DNA of 48,726 bases, filler included, from Trypethelium eluteriae (taxonomy: Eukaryota): assembly GCA_051942245.1 (NCBI GenBank). It is 2 parts of 2 records of this genome, joined end to end, with 100 filler letters (N's around TTAATTAATTAA, not from the genome) between each part and the next. Parts side by side here need not be neighbours in the genome. Positions count along the whole stretch, not along the records: positions 1 to 24,365 come from JAVECL010000404.1; 1 more part is not named here. One strand, given 5' to 3'. Both the position numbers and the translations under genes were made by a program. The notes below the pieces were generated by a model. That model was not told the origin of the DNA. It did not search any database and saw nothing but the letters and a program-made list of their open reading frames with translations. Shown here piece by piece: positions 1 to 13,134 of this stretch (position 1 is the first letter of the stretch; every line of letters begins with the position of its first letter).

Positions 1-2018
1 CATTTCCCCTCCTCCCGTCGGCGACCCCGCACTCAGCTCGAACGTCCTCGCCTCCCCACTCACCTCCGACAGCGCGACATCAGCGCCCGTGCCATCCATC
101 TCCTGCCTCTCGGACGTACCGGGCAGCTCCTGCGGCGGCGGCTCGAACATCGGCGCAGCGCCATCTTTGCGGTCGCCGTGCGGCGCGTAGAACCCCGCTG
201 GGCCTGCTAACGGGCCGGCATCGCGCTCCTGATGGGGAGGCGCTGTTGCCATCGTCATCGGATTTTGTGGTGGCGGGCTTTGGTTCGCCGGGGCGTAGGC
301 GCCGCTTGTGCCTCCGCCTTGTCGGCGGGAGCGTCGTCGGCGGAGGAAGTAGAAGGCTGCGGCGGAGAGGAGGGCGAGGCCTGCGACGCCGCCGATGACG
401 CCGCCGACGATGGCGCCGGTGGAGGAGCTGGAGGACTGGTTGGACTTGGATTTCGGGTGGGTTGAGGTGGGGTTCGAGTTGGAGGAGTTGGCGGAGTTGG
501 AGCTGGAGCCCGCGGAGATGCCGATTGTGGAGGGGTTGAAGTTCTTTTGCTTCATGAGCGCGCCGAGGGCCGGATTGTCGTATTGCGTATTGGGATTAGA
601 GTTGTAGACCGCAGCAATGGGTTCGGACTGGGTGTAGGGGTGTGGGTTGGCGGTGAATTTGGTGGCGAAGGAAAGAGTGGACATGTCGAATATGTTAAGG
701 CCGTTGCTGAAGGGGTCAGAGCTGTTGAAGACATCGTTGTAGACATTAGCACTGGCGTAATCGGCAGAAGCCGTGTCGAGCCCGCCGATTGTTATGATCT
801 GGCTGCCTCCAACCGCGTTACAAGACAGCGCGTGTCGGGGTGAAGCAGGTGGATAGTTAACTTTCACCCAAGTAAAGGCCGGCAGGGTGAGGATGAATAT
901 TTCATCGTAAGGTATAGCGGCGCTACCAAGATGGCCACCCCAACCGGCATATAGGAAGATCTCGTAAGTCTCGTTCGTGGAGGCGACTCCGGCAGTGCAA
1001 AACTCTTTTCTTGGTTCGGGAATGTTGCCCGTTGTCGTTTGCTGGTACCATTTGTTTGAGGATGGCTCATACACTGATACGGTATTGAAAGGGACAAACT
1101 CGTCTTCCCCACCAGTACCATCGACATCGGGTGGCTGATCTCCACCCAGGACAAAAAGAAGACCTTGAGGACCAAAGGGAGCCGACCATTCCATTCTGCT
1201 GAACTCGACAGTTCCGTTGCCGTTGTAGCCGGTCGCACTAATGTTGCTTAGCTTTTGAGAACTCATATCAAATGTGAGCATCCCATTCAGAGGTACCGGG
1301 CTCTGTAGGTCTGCGGTCCCGAGACTGGTATCGGCTGAGGCGGATCCTCCTAATACATAGCCAGTTTCATTGCTGAAAGCAATAGCGCCCTGCATTGGGC
1401 GCGTGTTGGATCCCCATCCCGAGCTTCCAACCACATTATCAAACGTTCCTAGACCAGTATTATCCGGCTTGAAGGAGAAGATACCGAGGGGATATTGGTT
1501 TGGGTTTTGGTCCGTTATCAAGGATCGACGGCCTGCGAATCCCCCATAGATAGTATTCGACGCTTGATGATACCAAAGTCCAGAGTTGACAAGGTCCGGG
1601 ATGTTGCTTGGCTTCGATATCGAATTAATGACTACGCTACCGTTGACCCAGTCGCTTCGAAGGTCGATGGAAAGAAGAGTGCTTGCTATAAAATACATGT
1701 TAGCCGCAGTGTGCAAAATGCCATGAGAGTAGAACAACTTACAATATCCGCGCGTTATTGAGTCTTTGACGCCACTATATGAGAATTCACCTCCATCAAT
1801 ATATAAAAAGTCGCCGGCGACAACAGCTTGAGTATTAATGTTAGTCTACGCGTCTGTAATTCGATAATACACTCACAGGCCTGGTAGCCTCTTCGAAGGA
1901 AAGTAGATGCAGAGGTCGCTCCATTAATCTGACGGGCTGCAATTGGTAGCGAAGCACATTCAGCCAGGGACCATGCAGAGAAGAGAAAAACTAATATTTC
2001 TAGACAAATGAGAGGCAT
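1..2018 (-). CDS. Kelch-type beta-propeller, single-pass membrane (cell-surface) protein; 3' end beyond window start
   Basis: Exons 2018-1877, 1826-1743 and 1685-<1 (donors GTGAGT/GTAAGT, acceptors AAG/TAG, frame-consistent). Signal peptide MPLICLEILVFLFSAWSLA. Kelch-like motifs RRGYQASVVAGDFLYIDGG, GYVLGG, LFVLGG, VYEPSSNKWYQQTTTGNIP.PR..FC, IFILTLPAFTW, QIITIGG. These are followed by a Ser/Asn-rich linker, a TM helix (GAIVGGVIGGVAGLALLSAAAFYFL), RRRR and a cytoplasmic tail. Not present in the ORF track. Confidence 0.88.
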
Positions 2019-4144
2019 CCTACTCCCCAAGAAGGCGAGAAGTCAAGAGCGACAATTACGGATTGTAAAGGAGTCACCAAAGATAGACGATCACAGATGG
2101 TAGCTGAAGATGAAGAGAAGAAATTGGAACGATACTCTAGCACTTAGGGCAACAGTAATAAGACGGGGAGACATTCAGCCACTCGCTTTGCTGCTGAAAT
2201 TGGATCGTCAAATGGCGATCGAAGAATAGCTAGGCTGCAATGATCTACTTTGATATCACGTGAGAAACAGGGATCATTGAGCATTCCGAGAATGTGAATG
2301 GTCTCTTGACTGGCCTGAGGGTAAAAATAATCTTGACTGGTGCGGCTTTGGGTATGACCCAGCCCGCGACCCACAGTGTAATGGTGGTTAAGCTGTGAAC
2401 TCTTGATGGTGGCTACAGATGGAGCGGCGATTGTCGCCGATCCTTATCAAGAGCATCGAATGAGGACGATTACACAGTTGGTAGCATGATTGCTGGAGCC
2501 GAACCGCGGGTGCGCGGGCTGTGCTCTTGGTCGTAACAAAGATAGATTGGCGATCAGCCGCAGCCTTCTTACAGTACGGTACTAACTCCGAAGACGGGCC
2601 GGTCGAAAGCCCACCAATCGGCTGGTGCAGTGTTATGCTTATGCTTTGCACAGAACTGAACTTTGTTAACGTTGCTTTTGAATGAGGACGGGCCTGTTGG
2701 AAGCGGCTCATCAGGTTGCAAGGCGATGCTCTGGGGCTGCAATGCATGCACCGTTGTCTCGATCGCCCTAGGTTTGTTAAGCAGGCTTCGTTAATGATCA
2801 AATAGCCCATTCCTACTGGGAAATACAAGACACGTGAATCCGTTATTCAAAATCCATGGCAAAGTTCTCAAAGGTGAGCCAACCTAGCTCCGACATAACT
2901 TAGGTACCATGCAGCGGAGGGGGGGGGGGGGTGCCCCGACAGGTGATAAGCAGAATATTCTCTACAATACGGTGTTAACAGCATGAAACCTGGAGTAACA
3001 CCAGGTTAACATAGAGTTATCACAGGCTTAACGCTGTCAACAGCGTATTCTAGAGAACATTCTGCTTGTTACCTGTCGGGGCACCCCCCTTCCGCCGTAA
3101 GGTACTCATGCATACCAAAGGATCCATTACTCCGATCACAAGAACTGCATTCAATCTGCAGAAGGACAAGATTATCTCGGTCGGCCATGAGGCGAGGCTT
3201 TCCTGTATGACTACTCCGTACTGTTTCAACCTGTCGCCACCGCACATCATCTTAACATCCAATTTTGTAAGAACAAACAGATGATATGGGCGTTTCTGCA
3301 CTGAAAATCGGAGATCAGATCGCATCGTCTTGAAATGTTCATTGATGGGGCGGATCAAGGGACCGAGTCGATGGGAAAAGATGTAGCATGAAAGAGCCTG
3401 AGGCCAACGGAGTACCGCGGCGTGCGCGGGTATAACAGGCATCCTTGGATCACGTGCCGGCCATGCCGACAGAGCTTCCATCCCATCGCCTCATCTATCC
3501 GGGGGCTTCGAGAGTTACCGTGAGTTTCCGAGGCGATCACGGATTTCTAAATGTAGTCAAAGGTAGATCCCGTCTGGCACTTGCATTTTCGCGCGACCAA
3601 CAAGCGCCACTGTGGCGCGCTTCAAGGCAAAAGCAAGGAGAGACAATTGTTACTCCAAACTGCAGGCAGCTATCGCGCTACAACGCGATGTCATGTGGCC
3701 CCTACCGTTGGCCCGAAGGCTTCAGCACGGAGGATATACCACATCTATGTCTAGCGACGCAAACGGAATGGGAGAAAAAAAATTGGTAGCGAGTGACTCA
3801 TACATTCCCTAGGTATCTATACTGATCCGTTCATGTGACGCCCGAGTCAGTGCCCGGCCTGTAGGCAACTTCATGCTGCCATCCATATCCGATATTGTAC
3901 ATTCTATTCATAACGTGTAGAAATTCGTAATAGCCCATGAGTCGCCAGTGCATGACTCTTTGAATCTGACGCCACACGCGCTCTCAAACTAAAAGGATAA
4001 AATAAAATAAAAAAACGAAGAAAAGAGAGAAGACGGGAAATTCTATTCAGGAGCATAGATGATACCGAACACCTCGCTCTGCCACAAGTTCATTCAGACC
4101 ATAAAATGAAAATAACGCGTCAGTAGAAAAATGACAAAGCAAAT

Positions 4145-6750
4145 CTATCGTGGTTGTCCTGCAAAGTGCCTGATTGTTGCTTCAAGATATTCGATCTTAG
4201 CATCCTTCTCAGCATTTTGCCGTTTCTGTTCTTCGTTCTCCCTCCTGAGACGCTTGACTTCGTCACGAAGCTCATCTTCTGAGACGCCGTAAGAAGTCGT
4301 AGCTGCCTCATTCATCGTTGCGTCACGCTTTCGCTTGCCCAAGAGGAGATCGCTTTCATCTTCACCCTGAGCCTCGGCAGGATCATCTTGATCGAGAACA
4401 GAAGGATCATCAGACTTGGAAGGATGCTCATCCTCTGCACGTCGATGCACGCGCCGGAGATGTTCGTTCAAGTTCTCCTTGCGTGTGAAACCTGCGCCTG
4501 TGCTGCGCTTGCAGTCCTTGTATGGGCACATCAAGGACTCGCGTGGTCCTCCATGCTTCTTGTGGACTTCCCGCTCGTGTCGAAGAAGCCCACCCGAGTA
4601 CGTGAAGCCTTGGAGCTTCGAACATTGCGGATAGGAGCATTTGTAGGGCCTATCGTGCTTGTCCATGTGTTTGCTATTATAGACATAGTCAGCTTTAATA
4701 CACATATGGAAAATTGCAGGGAACATGATTTGCTCACCTCCACTCGCACTTGCGCTCGAATGTGAGATGGTCACAACGAGTATCGACAATGCATATTAGC
4801 TTGCCATTCGCGTTCTTGGGTGGCTCACCCTCGCGCCGTGGAGGAACGATGCGCGGCAACCTGTACGATCGATCCTGTTCAGATTGCAGATCCGACATGG
4901 ATGGACTTGGAGCGGAAATACTCGGAACGCTAGCATTGGAGGAACTCCTGATTCGAGGTGAGACAACAGATGACTTTTCGTCGTCGTTGAGACTGACCGG
5001 GCTCACCGGGCTTGCAGACCCGGCGAGTGTAATCATCGGACGTGGATGAGCTTGCCGTCGAATTGTCTGTAGGCTGTTGCTGAGATTTGACTCTCGCCTG
5101 TACACAGTCGGCACAGCGGGAAAGTTAAATAGGAGAGGATTAGGCTGCGATGTACTGATTTCTAAGGGGGTTTGGATGGCTACGCTAGGAGTCATATGAT
5201 TTTGCGACTCAGTTGCCGGTAATGGAAATGGTGGATTTAGTGGCGAATAGAAGCTGCTGTCCAGGCCTGGGAAATGCCAAATGTTGGGAGTGGTATTAGG
5301 TAGCAGCAGGTCTTGATTTGATATATGTTGATGGATGCCTGAGGCGTTGAGGAGGACATTTGCATTTGGATGCAAACTCGTAGTTGCCTTCTGGACTTGG
5401 GGCGACGCGTTTGACACGTCGTTGAATTTAAATTCGTGAGGCAGCGAGCCGCCACTTCCCTGGAACACCTCATGCCGACTGCCTGGATCATGAGCTATGA
5501 AGGAATTAACGCGCGAATCTGGCTTGACAGGGCACTACTTACGAGTTGACTCACTCGGTGACGCAGACTCCGGCAAGTTGGCTGGCGAAGCCACAAATCT
5601 TGCTCTAGCGTCTACCCGGCGAGCTCGTTCCCGCGGTGCCCGATTCAAGGCTGAGAACTGCTGATTGGCCGTCCCGGCGCCACCCAGCCCGCCTGGCACG
5701 GAGCGGAGGTCTCCGCCGTCTTCTCGCTGAACTGCGCGCATCTTGTCAGACACCATTAAACCCATCACAGAAAATGCTTACAGTTATCGTTTTGCGGAAA
5801 CAATCCTTCCGACCAATAATTAGGTCTGTTTCTTTCGAAGTTTTGTTCGTTTTGCTCAGGGCGATCGAAAAAACACCAGCAGACGCCCCAAAGCACCATG
5901 AGCGCGGGCCGGATTGTCCAAGGCCATGTTGTTGTATTGCCAGGCCTGTAATTGTTCACGAATTGTAAGAACCATTGGCTCCCAAGCTTCCAGTTTTTGA
6001 GCAAGACCTCCTGCCACTGGTAATATTCCTTGTTGATCTGGCGATGGCGGCGGCCTACGATTGCCTGCAAAAGCAACTCTTTGGAGAATTGTAAACCATG
6101 TCTGAGACCCGCGACGAATATCTCAATTGCAATCCTGTTTCTTCGAGAATTACTCCTACTGACTGCGATACTCCGGTTGTCGATAATCCGACCAGCATAT
6201 TGACGTAGCGCCCTGAACGCATGGCTTGCGGAAGACCGTTTTCCTGTAAAAGGATGCGAAAACAACCGCGCCAAGGCAAAGAACAAGATTCTACCCGGAG
6301 GCAAATCGTCGTTCAAAACTTTGTCGTATGATTCCTTACAAGAGACGCTCAGGGTATGCCCCAGTAGCTGTCTGAACCTGAAAGATTGTTAGTGGCGCTT
6401 GACGCTGTAAGATCGGTATTCGTCTGAAACTCATACCAATCCTGAATTCGTCGTTCAGCTTTGCATGGGTACTGTGTAAGAACTTGGCTTGTGTAAATGA
6501 TTTGGTAATTGCTCTGTTCTGGCCGGACTGCAGCGGAGTGGCAGTGCAGTTGAAGGCGCGTGTTTCCCAGCGTCACACCTACGTGTTGAACGGCATCTTT
6601 TCTTGATTTTTTCCGTACCACTAAATGGATCGCAAAGGAACCTGAGCGCTTGTGCATCTGCATGCGCGGCCTGAAATCAAACCGAAGGTAAGAAAAAGGC
6701 AAGAAGGCTCTGGAAGTGACGTGGAGACTGGCCGCAGATGGTAGATCCAT
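4145..6750 (-). CDS. C2H2 zinc-finger transcription factor (3 fingers, C-terminal coiled coil), ~794 aa
   Basis: Exons 6750-6437, 6377-5782, 5731-5543, 5494-4738 and 4673-4145 total 2385 nt in one frame with GT-AG introns. Fingers: CIVDTRC..FERKCEWSKHMDKH, RPYKCSYPQC..GFTYSGGLLRHEREVH, CPYKDC..GFTRKENLNEHLRRVH. Basic GKRKR and an LRDEVKRLRRENEE coiled coil follow. The start codon is less certain than the 3' exons. Confidence 0.85.
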
Positions 6751-7635
6751 AGAAACCAAGCTTCGTGAGTATCCAAATAGCCATTAGAAATTACTTTCGA
6801 AGCTAGGAAATGAGAGATGCTCCAAGTTTTATGCGCCAGCGCCAGCGTCCAACTCAAAGCTAGGTATGCCAGCTCCATATTTTCCCGTTAGGCTTGAGGA
6901 TGCCTTGCCCACAAAAAAGCGTCAATATTGTAGGTACGAAGACTTTAGCCCACTGTTGCCTGACCATCCCACCTATGGAGGTCGGTAGAGGCTGCATATG
7001 GGCCAATCATGCATGTGCTGCGCCGCCGTTATGCAGAGAGCATTGGCAGTGCAAAGAGGAGATTTGTTTGAGCCCAAGAACGAAAAGCGGCTGTGTTCGC
7101 TAGAACCATGACCAAAAAGGCGGACAGCTGCTGCAGCCTCACGGCGTACGACTTCCGTAGAAGCCAACTGCCGGCTTTTGACTCTGCGCCGTATTCAAAT
7201 CTCTACGCAGAATTCCACTTGAGCTTTCCCAAAGGGCTCTCGTCTGCTACAGCACCTTGCGTCACTTTTTCGATCTAACACCTACAATACCAAGGGAGCA
7301 GAGTGTCAGGTTCTACATTGTACTAAACCGCGATATATGAATGAGAAAATGCAGCCCAAATTCTGACAGTGGCGGGCCTCTCAGGATCATCCAAAAGGGC
7401 TTTAAGGCTTTTTCGGAAGTTACCAGGTCCCTCCGCAATAATACCTCAGATGAAAGCGTTGTTCAGGATGACTTGTCGACGAAACAGCCACTCTTCCGAG
7501 ATCTTTAACGTGAAATCTGTCACTGACTCGATGGAAGTGACTACTGACAGAATAGCAATACATCATATTTCAATTCATCAAATCACTTTTCGTATCTAAA
7601 AGGTGTACAGTGAGTGTTGTTACGAAATATCCTTC

Positions 7636-9486
7636 TCAAAAGTCGCCCTTCATTGTATCACCAGATTCGAGATCCATCACCTCAGCGTCTTTGGCAAACT
7701 GCTGCGTCGTTACAGGTTCCTCGTAGGAATCCGAATTGTCATACGCCACGCTAAGATTGCGAACATCGTCGCCGACCTCAAGCCACGTATCGCTCGTGGC
7801 GGGAATCGGGAAAAACCTACAAAGGATGTAGTACATGGTCGCCGAAACAATGAACCCGCAGAAGAAGTTCAGATTGTAGATATAAGTCGCGCCTGCAGGC
7901 ACACTGTTCCCCACTGCCCCGGCAAAGCCCACGACGTTGATCAGGATGCCGGAAATATATGCAGCGTATCCGCGCCAATGGACCCCGAAAGTGTAGAAGT
8001 ATGGGCCATCCCTTTTAGCGCTGTAGAGGTCTCTTGTTTGAAGATAGCCCTTCCTCACCCAATAATAGTCGCAAATTATAACACCCGCGATCGAGCTTAG
8101 AAAAACACTATAGGCGGACAGGTACGTTGTAAAGTTGTTGGTCGTTGACAGCAAGTTCCACGGACACATGACGAGTCCAACCAACGCGCAGATGTAACCG
8201 CCACGACGGATGTTGAGGTACTTTGGGAGCAAAGCTGTCATGTCCGTACCCGCACTCACACTATTGGCAGCAATATTCGTTCCAAGTTGGGCCAGTGCGA
8301 ACGCAGTGGCAATGATGAAGACACCGAAGCGCTGACCGGAGCCTCCCTCGTCTAGAAACCTTGTAAGCAAATCCAAAGGACTCCAGATTGGTTGGCCGTA
8401 GATTACAGTGGACGAGGAGGACACTATAATGCCGATGAAGGAGGTAATAGCAAATCCGATGGGTATCGTGAAGAGTTGAGACCAAAATGCATCTCGAGGC
8501 TTCCTTGCGAAACGAGCAAAGTCAGGATCGTTTACGACTAGCGTGGCGAAATTGGCGATTGAGCTCATGATGCCTTTGATAACTTCCCAGGCGTGCGCGC
8601 TCCCTGTCAAAGTACCGCGCTGCTTCACGATGGGACCGATACCGTGCGCCCTGACGATGGCCCAAATGAAGAACGCAACCCCGGCAACGGGGACAAAGTA
8701 AGCTTTGACGGTGAAAAGATGCCTAATCTTGTGAACGGGAAACCAGATCGCCGGCAAGCTACAAAACCAGAAGAGGAAGAAACTGACAAAGTCTCTAGTG
8801 TTGGTTCCCGACCCCTCCATAGTGTTGGGAATGGTGTTCCAAGAGTTCCATATCGATCGAATCATTAGATACACGCATGTCCCGCCAATCCACGATTGTA
8901 CGCCGTACCTTCAAAGATGCAGTCAGTTCTCATGAAACGCAATGACACCTTTCGCGTAACCTACCAAATACAAGCCATGGCGGCTCTGTTAAACACGGGC
9001 CAGAGGGACCCCCATATCCCGAACGAGGCCCGACTCACGACGGGAAATGAGATATGATAGGTTGCACCAATCCGACCCGTTGCGCAAATGAAACAAGCAG
9101 CAATACTGTACCCTACCCAGACTGTTATCCACGATTCCCACCAGCTCAAGCCATTAATGATGGAAGCCGATGAGATCATCCATGTATTCTGTACTCAGGT
9201 AAGAATTTTGTGATGGACTCTCACATCCAACCGAGACATCACGTACAATGTTGAAAGAATCGGCAATCCAGAACCCTACAAAATTCCAGGCGCCCCATTG
9301 GCGACGTTCCGGCTCCACAGGCTTCAGGTCTTCGTTGGCCAGCATGAGTTGGGCACTGGTTAGGCCAGGCTCATGGTCCACTGACTAAATGATCGACTGT
9401 GAGTACTAGAGACATTGAAGGGAGATGCTCTCACGCACAAGCTTGTTTATGAACTTCAGGGCCTTATTTCCTCTTATTCTCTCCAT
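7636..9486 (-). CDS. FUR4: NCS1-family nucleobase:cation symporter (uracil/uridine/allantoin permease, Fur4/FurD type)
   Basis: Exons 9486-9439, 9384-9247, 9188-8965 and 8908-7636. Hallmarks [94 protein letters not shown], with many TM helices. The exact substrate is not determinable from sequence. Confidence 0.9.
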
Positions 9487-11480
9487 TGTGGGCGATGGAC
9501 CTAGCCTACAGCGGCAGGGGAGACTTCTTCACTTAGATCTGTGCTGGATATAAGCTCTGGATAAAACCATGTAACCTCCTATAAAGGGTGGAAGAGCATG
9601 GCTAAGTCATCAGCAACTTGCACCTTGCTCGGCACTGAGCAGGGAAGGTTATATAGCTAGTGCTTCTTCGACAAATCGCAGCAGGTCTCCGTGGAACTGC
9701 GTCGGCTTGGCCGTGAGTGCTTCATGTCTCCTTATCTGCAAGATCTCTTTGCGATTCATGAGGGATGGGACGCTAACGCATGGTTCCTTATCTTTCCCTA
9801 AAATTTTCTTGACGTGCATTCGCTGGTTACTGGCGCTCGGCGATCTCCTCCGCACGGTAGCGATATCCGTATCGCTGGAATTGGGCGAGAACGTTTACGT
9901 AGCCCCAGACCTTGCCAAAGGATTTTCCAAGTCGGTGGTAGGCGGGACCCGTGACCGTCATTGCGCATGTGCAAAGTTCTTATCCTTGCTGGTGTGGCGC
10001 CTTGCTGCAACAGTCCCCCGCGTTATGATAGCGCTTTGACTCGATGCAATCGAGTAACATGCTCTTACTAAGCTTGTATCTGTATGCCGTGGGCATCTGT
10101 TTGACCTGAGTTGTCTCTTGGACTTCGTCCCTCAACGACGGTTGGCGAATAAACCAGGCGGCCCTCATGTGGATTGTAGAAACATAGGATGAGATATCTT
10201 TAGGATATCGTACCTAGACACCCCGCCAACGTCGGAAACCTAGTCCTCCCTTGGCAACAAAGATGGCCCAAGTGTTTGATGATTCAGTCAGAGAAACTGT
10301 CCATGGTCCACCGCGCTTTGACTGACAGACACGAGTCTCTCGTTTCTTGCGGCTAAGACGGACAAGCTGCAGGGTAGACTAAGAGGAAGCACAGATGCTG
10401 GACGTGTTCAGAGAATCCATCGCTACATTCCCATAGTTGCACAAGAGGACCGCCACGAGTTGAGTACGATTGAATTAAGCTCAGTCGCAATCTTTCCCAA
10501 GTCGCTTTCAGACCTTTTGGCGTGCCTTGTAAAACTTCCGAACACCGCGAATTCACCGGCTGAGGCAATCTCGTCCGACTGTGAGAGTGTATCAAGAGTA
10601 ACTGCTCCTGCGAAGCTCATAATCATCTCTGAGCCATACTTGTGGTGCGATCTAGGTAGTTTCGAATTGAACTTGCAAAATGAATAGGACGGGAGTCGAA
10701 GCTTTCTAAAGAGGAGCAATCCAACACAAGCGACTAGATGCTGCTGGCCCAACACCAACGATTTTCTCGTTTTGTACGAACACAAATAGAGCGAATTAGT
10801 GTGGCGCAGTGAAAGCTATAAATGGATGGGCGTATGCACAATTGCACATCCCAGCGGACTAGATCCGCCGCAGTTTGCGATTCTTGGTATTCTCGGCACA
10901 TACAATCTGGCCGCAGTCCCTTGAATCATAATGGCAGGAACAGTATCCAACCTCCACGTCTTCAAACAGCCATCCTCTCTCGCAAGCCGTGGTCCGGCAG
11001 CCATCAGAAAAGGTTTGTCGATGGGAATGGATAGATCAAGAAGGCATTTGGGGCAAGACAGTCTCAGGAGCATAAACTTAGAAGGAAGAAGTGAAGGAAG
11101 AGGCGAAGATAGCGGCAGCCAAAACCGCGAATTGTATGGGCCGGCTGGGCTGGCAGTCCCCAAATCTGGGTACGGATCGCGTTGCAAAGATAATGCTAAA
11201 TGTATAATGAGTTGTGAGATATCATCTGGATTGGCGGATCTGCCAGTGATTGACTATATCCGTACACAAAATATATCTCTTTTCAAGTATACTAGAAGAC
11301 CTGCCGAAGACATGTAAAGTTCTGGACAGGCGAAAGCATAGAGCCTAAACAGTAGTCTTTCCCTGCTCACTCAAGGGGGGATCTTCTCCACGTTCGCATG
11401 CAATTCTGGGCCTTTTGGAGCTTTGCCACCCTGCTCATAAGGAGATTATTTTTTGGCGTGCTCGCATGCTCATATGCCTG

Positions 11481-11912
11481 TCACTCGTAGATGAAGAAGG
11501 GATCTGCAGACTTCTTTGTCGGTCTCGTAGCTCGTGCAGATAGATTCGGAGTCTTTGCAGGTGCTCTTTTGCCACGATCTTCGTCTCGTTTCTCCTTTCG
11601 TTGGCCGTTCTTTCCATTATTGCATTTCTGATTTTTAGGGTCGGCAATGCAATTGGCCCAGCTCTCTGCGGCACCGTTCAATTGACTTTCAATCTTCGTA
11701 ATGGCTGGATTATCATCGTCATCGTTGTCATTGTTTCCTTGCTGTCCACCTCCTTGCTGTTGTCCACCGCGTTTTTGATGTAGATGTTCCTCTCGTCGCT
11801 CCAGGTCGAAATCCGCCTTAACTAAGGTCGTTCCTGAAGCATCTGTGACTGGAACAGCAGCAACATTAGTTAGAATGATAGCAACTGCCCCCAGGGCAAG
11901 GTAGCTCTTCAT
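11481..11912 (-). CDS. Small secreted protein (143 aa) with signal peptide and several dibasic (Kex2-type) sites; unknown function
   Basis: ATG at 11912, single exon. Signal peptide MKSYLALGAVAIILTNVAA-VP. Dibasic sites ERR, QKR, EKR, GKR. G/Q- and N/D-rich segment, two Cys. Confidence 0.75.
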   Translation of the reverse strand: MKSYLALGAVAIILTNVAAVPVTDASGTTLVKADFDLERREEHLHQKRGGQQQGGGQQGNNDNDDDDNPAITKIESQLNGAAESWANCIADPKNQKCNNGKNGQRKEKRDEDRGKRAPAKTPNLSARATRPTKKSADPFFIYE

Positions 11913-13134
11913 GGTCCAGACACGGAGGGCTAAAGAATGGGAAGATTTCTTGAAAATGAATAAAAGAACGCACAACTTCTACCCGAGCCAGCGGATAGCA
12001 AGATGAAGGAGAGACTGGAAGGCAAATTGTTCATGAGTAGACGACAGCCCTACTGAGGCCCGTAAAGGGGCATAGTAAGTTATTTGATTGATCAAACAAC
12101 AGGTAACTGACAAGGGGACACGTCTGTCCAATCTTAGCCACTAGGTCAGGGGTCGATGGAAGGGAGAGGCGCTCTTGATTGACATGACACAGCCAATCGC
12201 ATTACTGATGTACGATATCGTGATCGAAGTGGGAATTTTAGCGACAAATGTTTGTACGTGGATGTTGTTCCCAGCCAAGACAGGTGGCAGATGCTGAAAA
12301 CTCGCCGTGGCAGATCAACGTCATCTGTACAACCCAGACCTGGTGGACCCTGATCTTCGATCTGGCAGGTCTCCGGTCTCACCACCTCACGCTGCCAACC
12401 TTCAACCAACAATCCTCTGTCTCTCTACCTGATCTCTGGCATTAACAAGACCTCTCAGCACGGAGGATTTCCATTGAACATTTTTGTTTACCAATTACGA
12501 GATCTTCCCTCAAAGAATCCTTCCCTTCAAACTCTGAGGGCAACCGCTGTTGATGTGACTGGTATTTTACAGCCTGCTCGTAGCCATTTATGACGATTGA
12601 ATTCCGATGGCTTTTTCAAGCACTGTTGCCCTGACAGGAAACGCCGCATTTTCCGGTAGGCGAGGTCCATGCAAGGCTAGAGCCTGCAAGACTCTAAAGA
12701 GAAGCCATGTCAAAGGAAGCACCTTCAGAGGCCAGGAACCGTCTGCCACGAATGCGGACAGCCCATGTATCAGTGCAACATCAATACCCCTCTGACCCTC
12801 CACCTACCTGGCCAACATTTAGGTGTTGTTTGTCACCAGGTTGAGCCAACCTCACAGTCAAACGCAAATGGTTGGTCGTATAACTATAGATACTTAATCT
12901 GAGTCGAGTATACGGGTTCCGAAACAAAGTTCTGTACATATAGGCACGTACGTATATACAATGGATGTTTGTAGACTTTTCTTTTCTTTTCTAGTCCACT
13001 CTTTTCAGTCATAATTATTCTGGAGTGAGTCTGCGCGAGAGATCAGTCTCTGGATTTGGAGCTGGACTCCAACGTGTAAAATTGACGCTGGGGGCAATCG
13101 GTAACCGTCGATCCAATCTGCCACTGAATTTGGC

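Noticed and set aside
2144..3812. ORFs of 60-146 aa between the Kelch and C2H2 genes
   Set aside because: Overlapping on both strands with no domain signatures; consistent with chance ORFs.
9649..11317. Short ORFs between the permease and the secreted gene as a gene or pseudogene
   Set aside because: No recognisable motif and no consistent splice model; frames are broken by stops. A relic cannot be excluded without blastx.
11481..11912. Canonical alpha-pheromone precursor (ppg1/MFalpha)
   Set aside because: No repeated WC..GQ.CW-type mature peptide between the KR sites.
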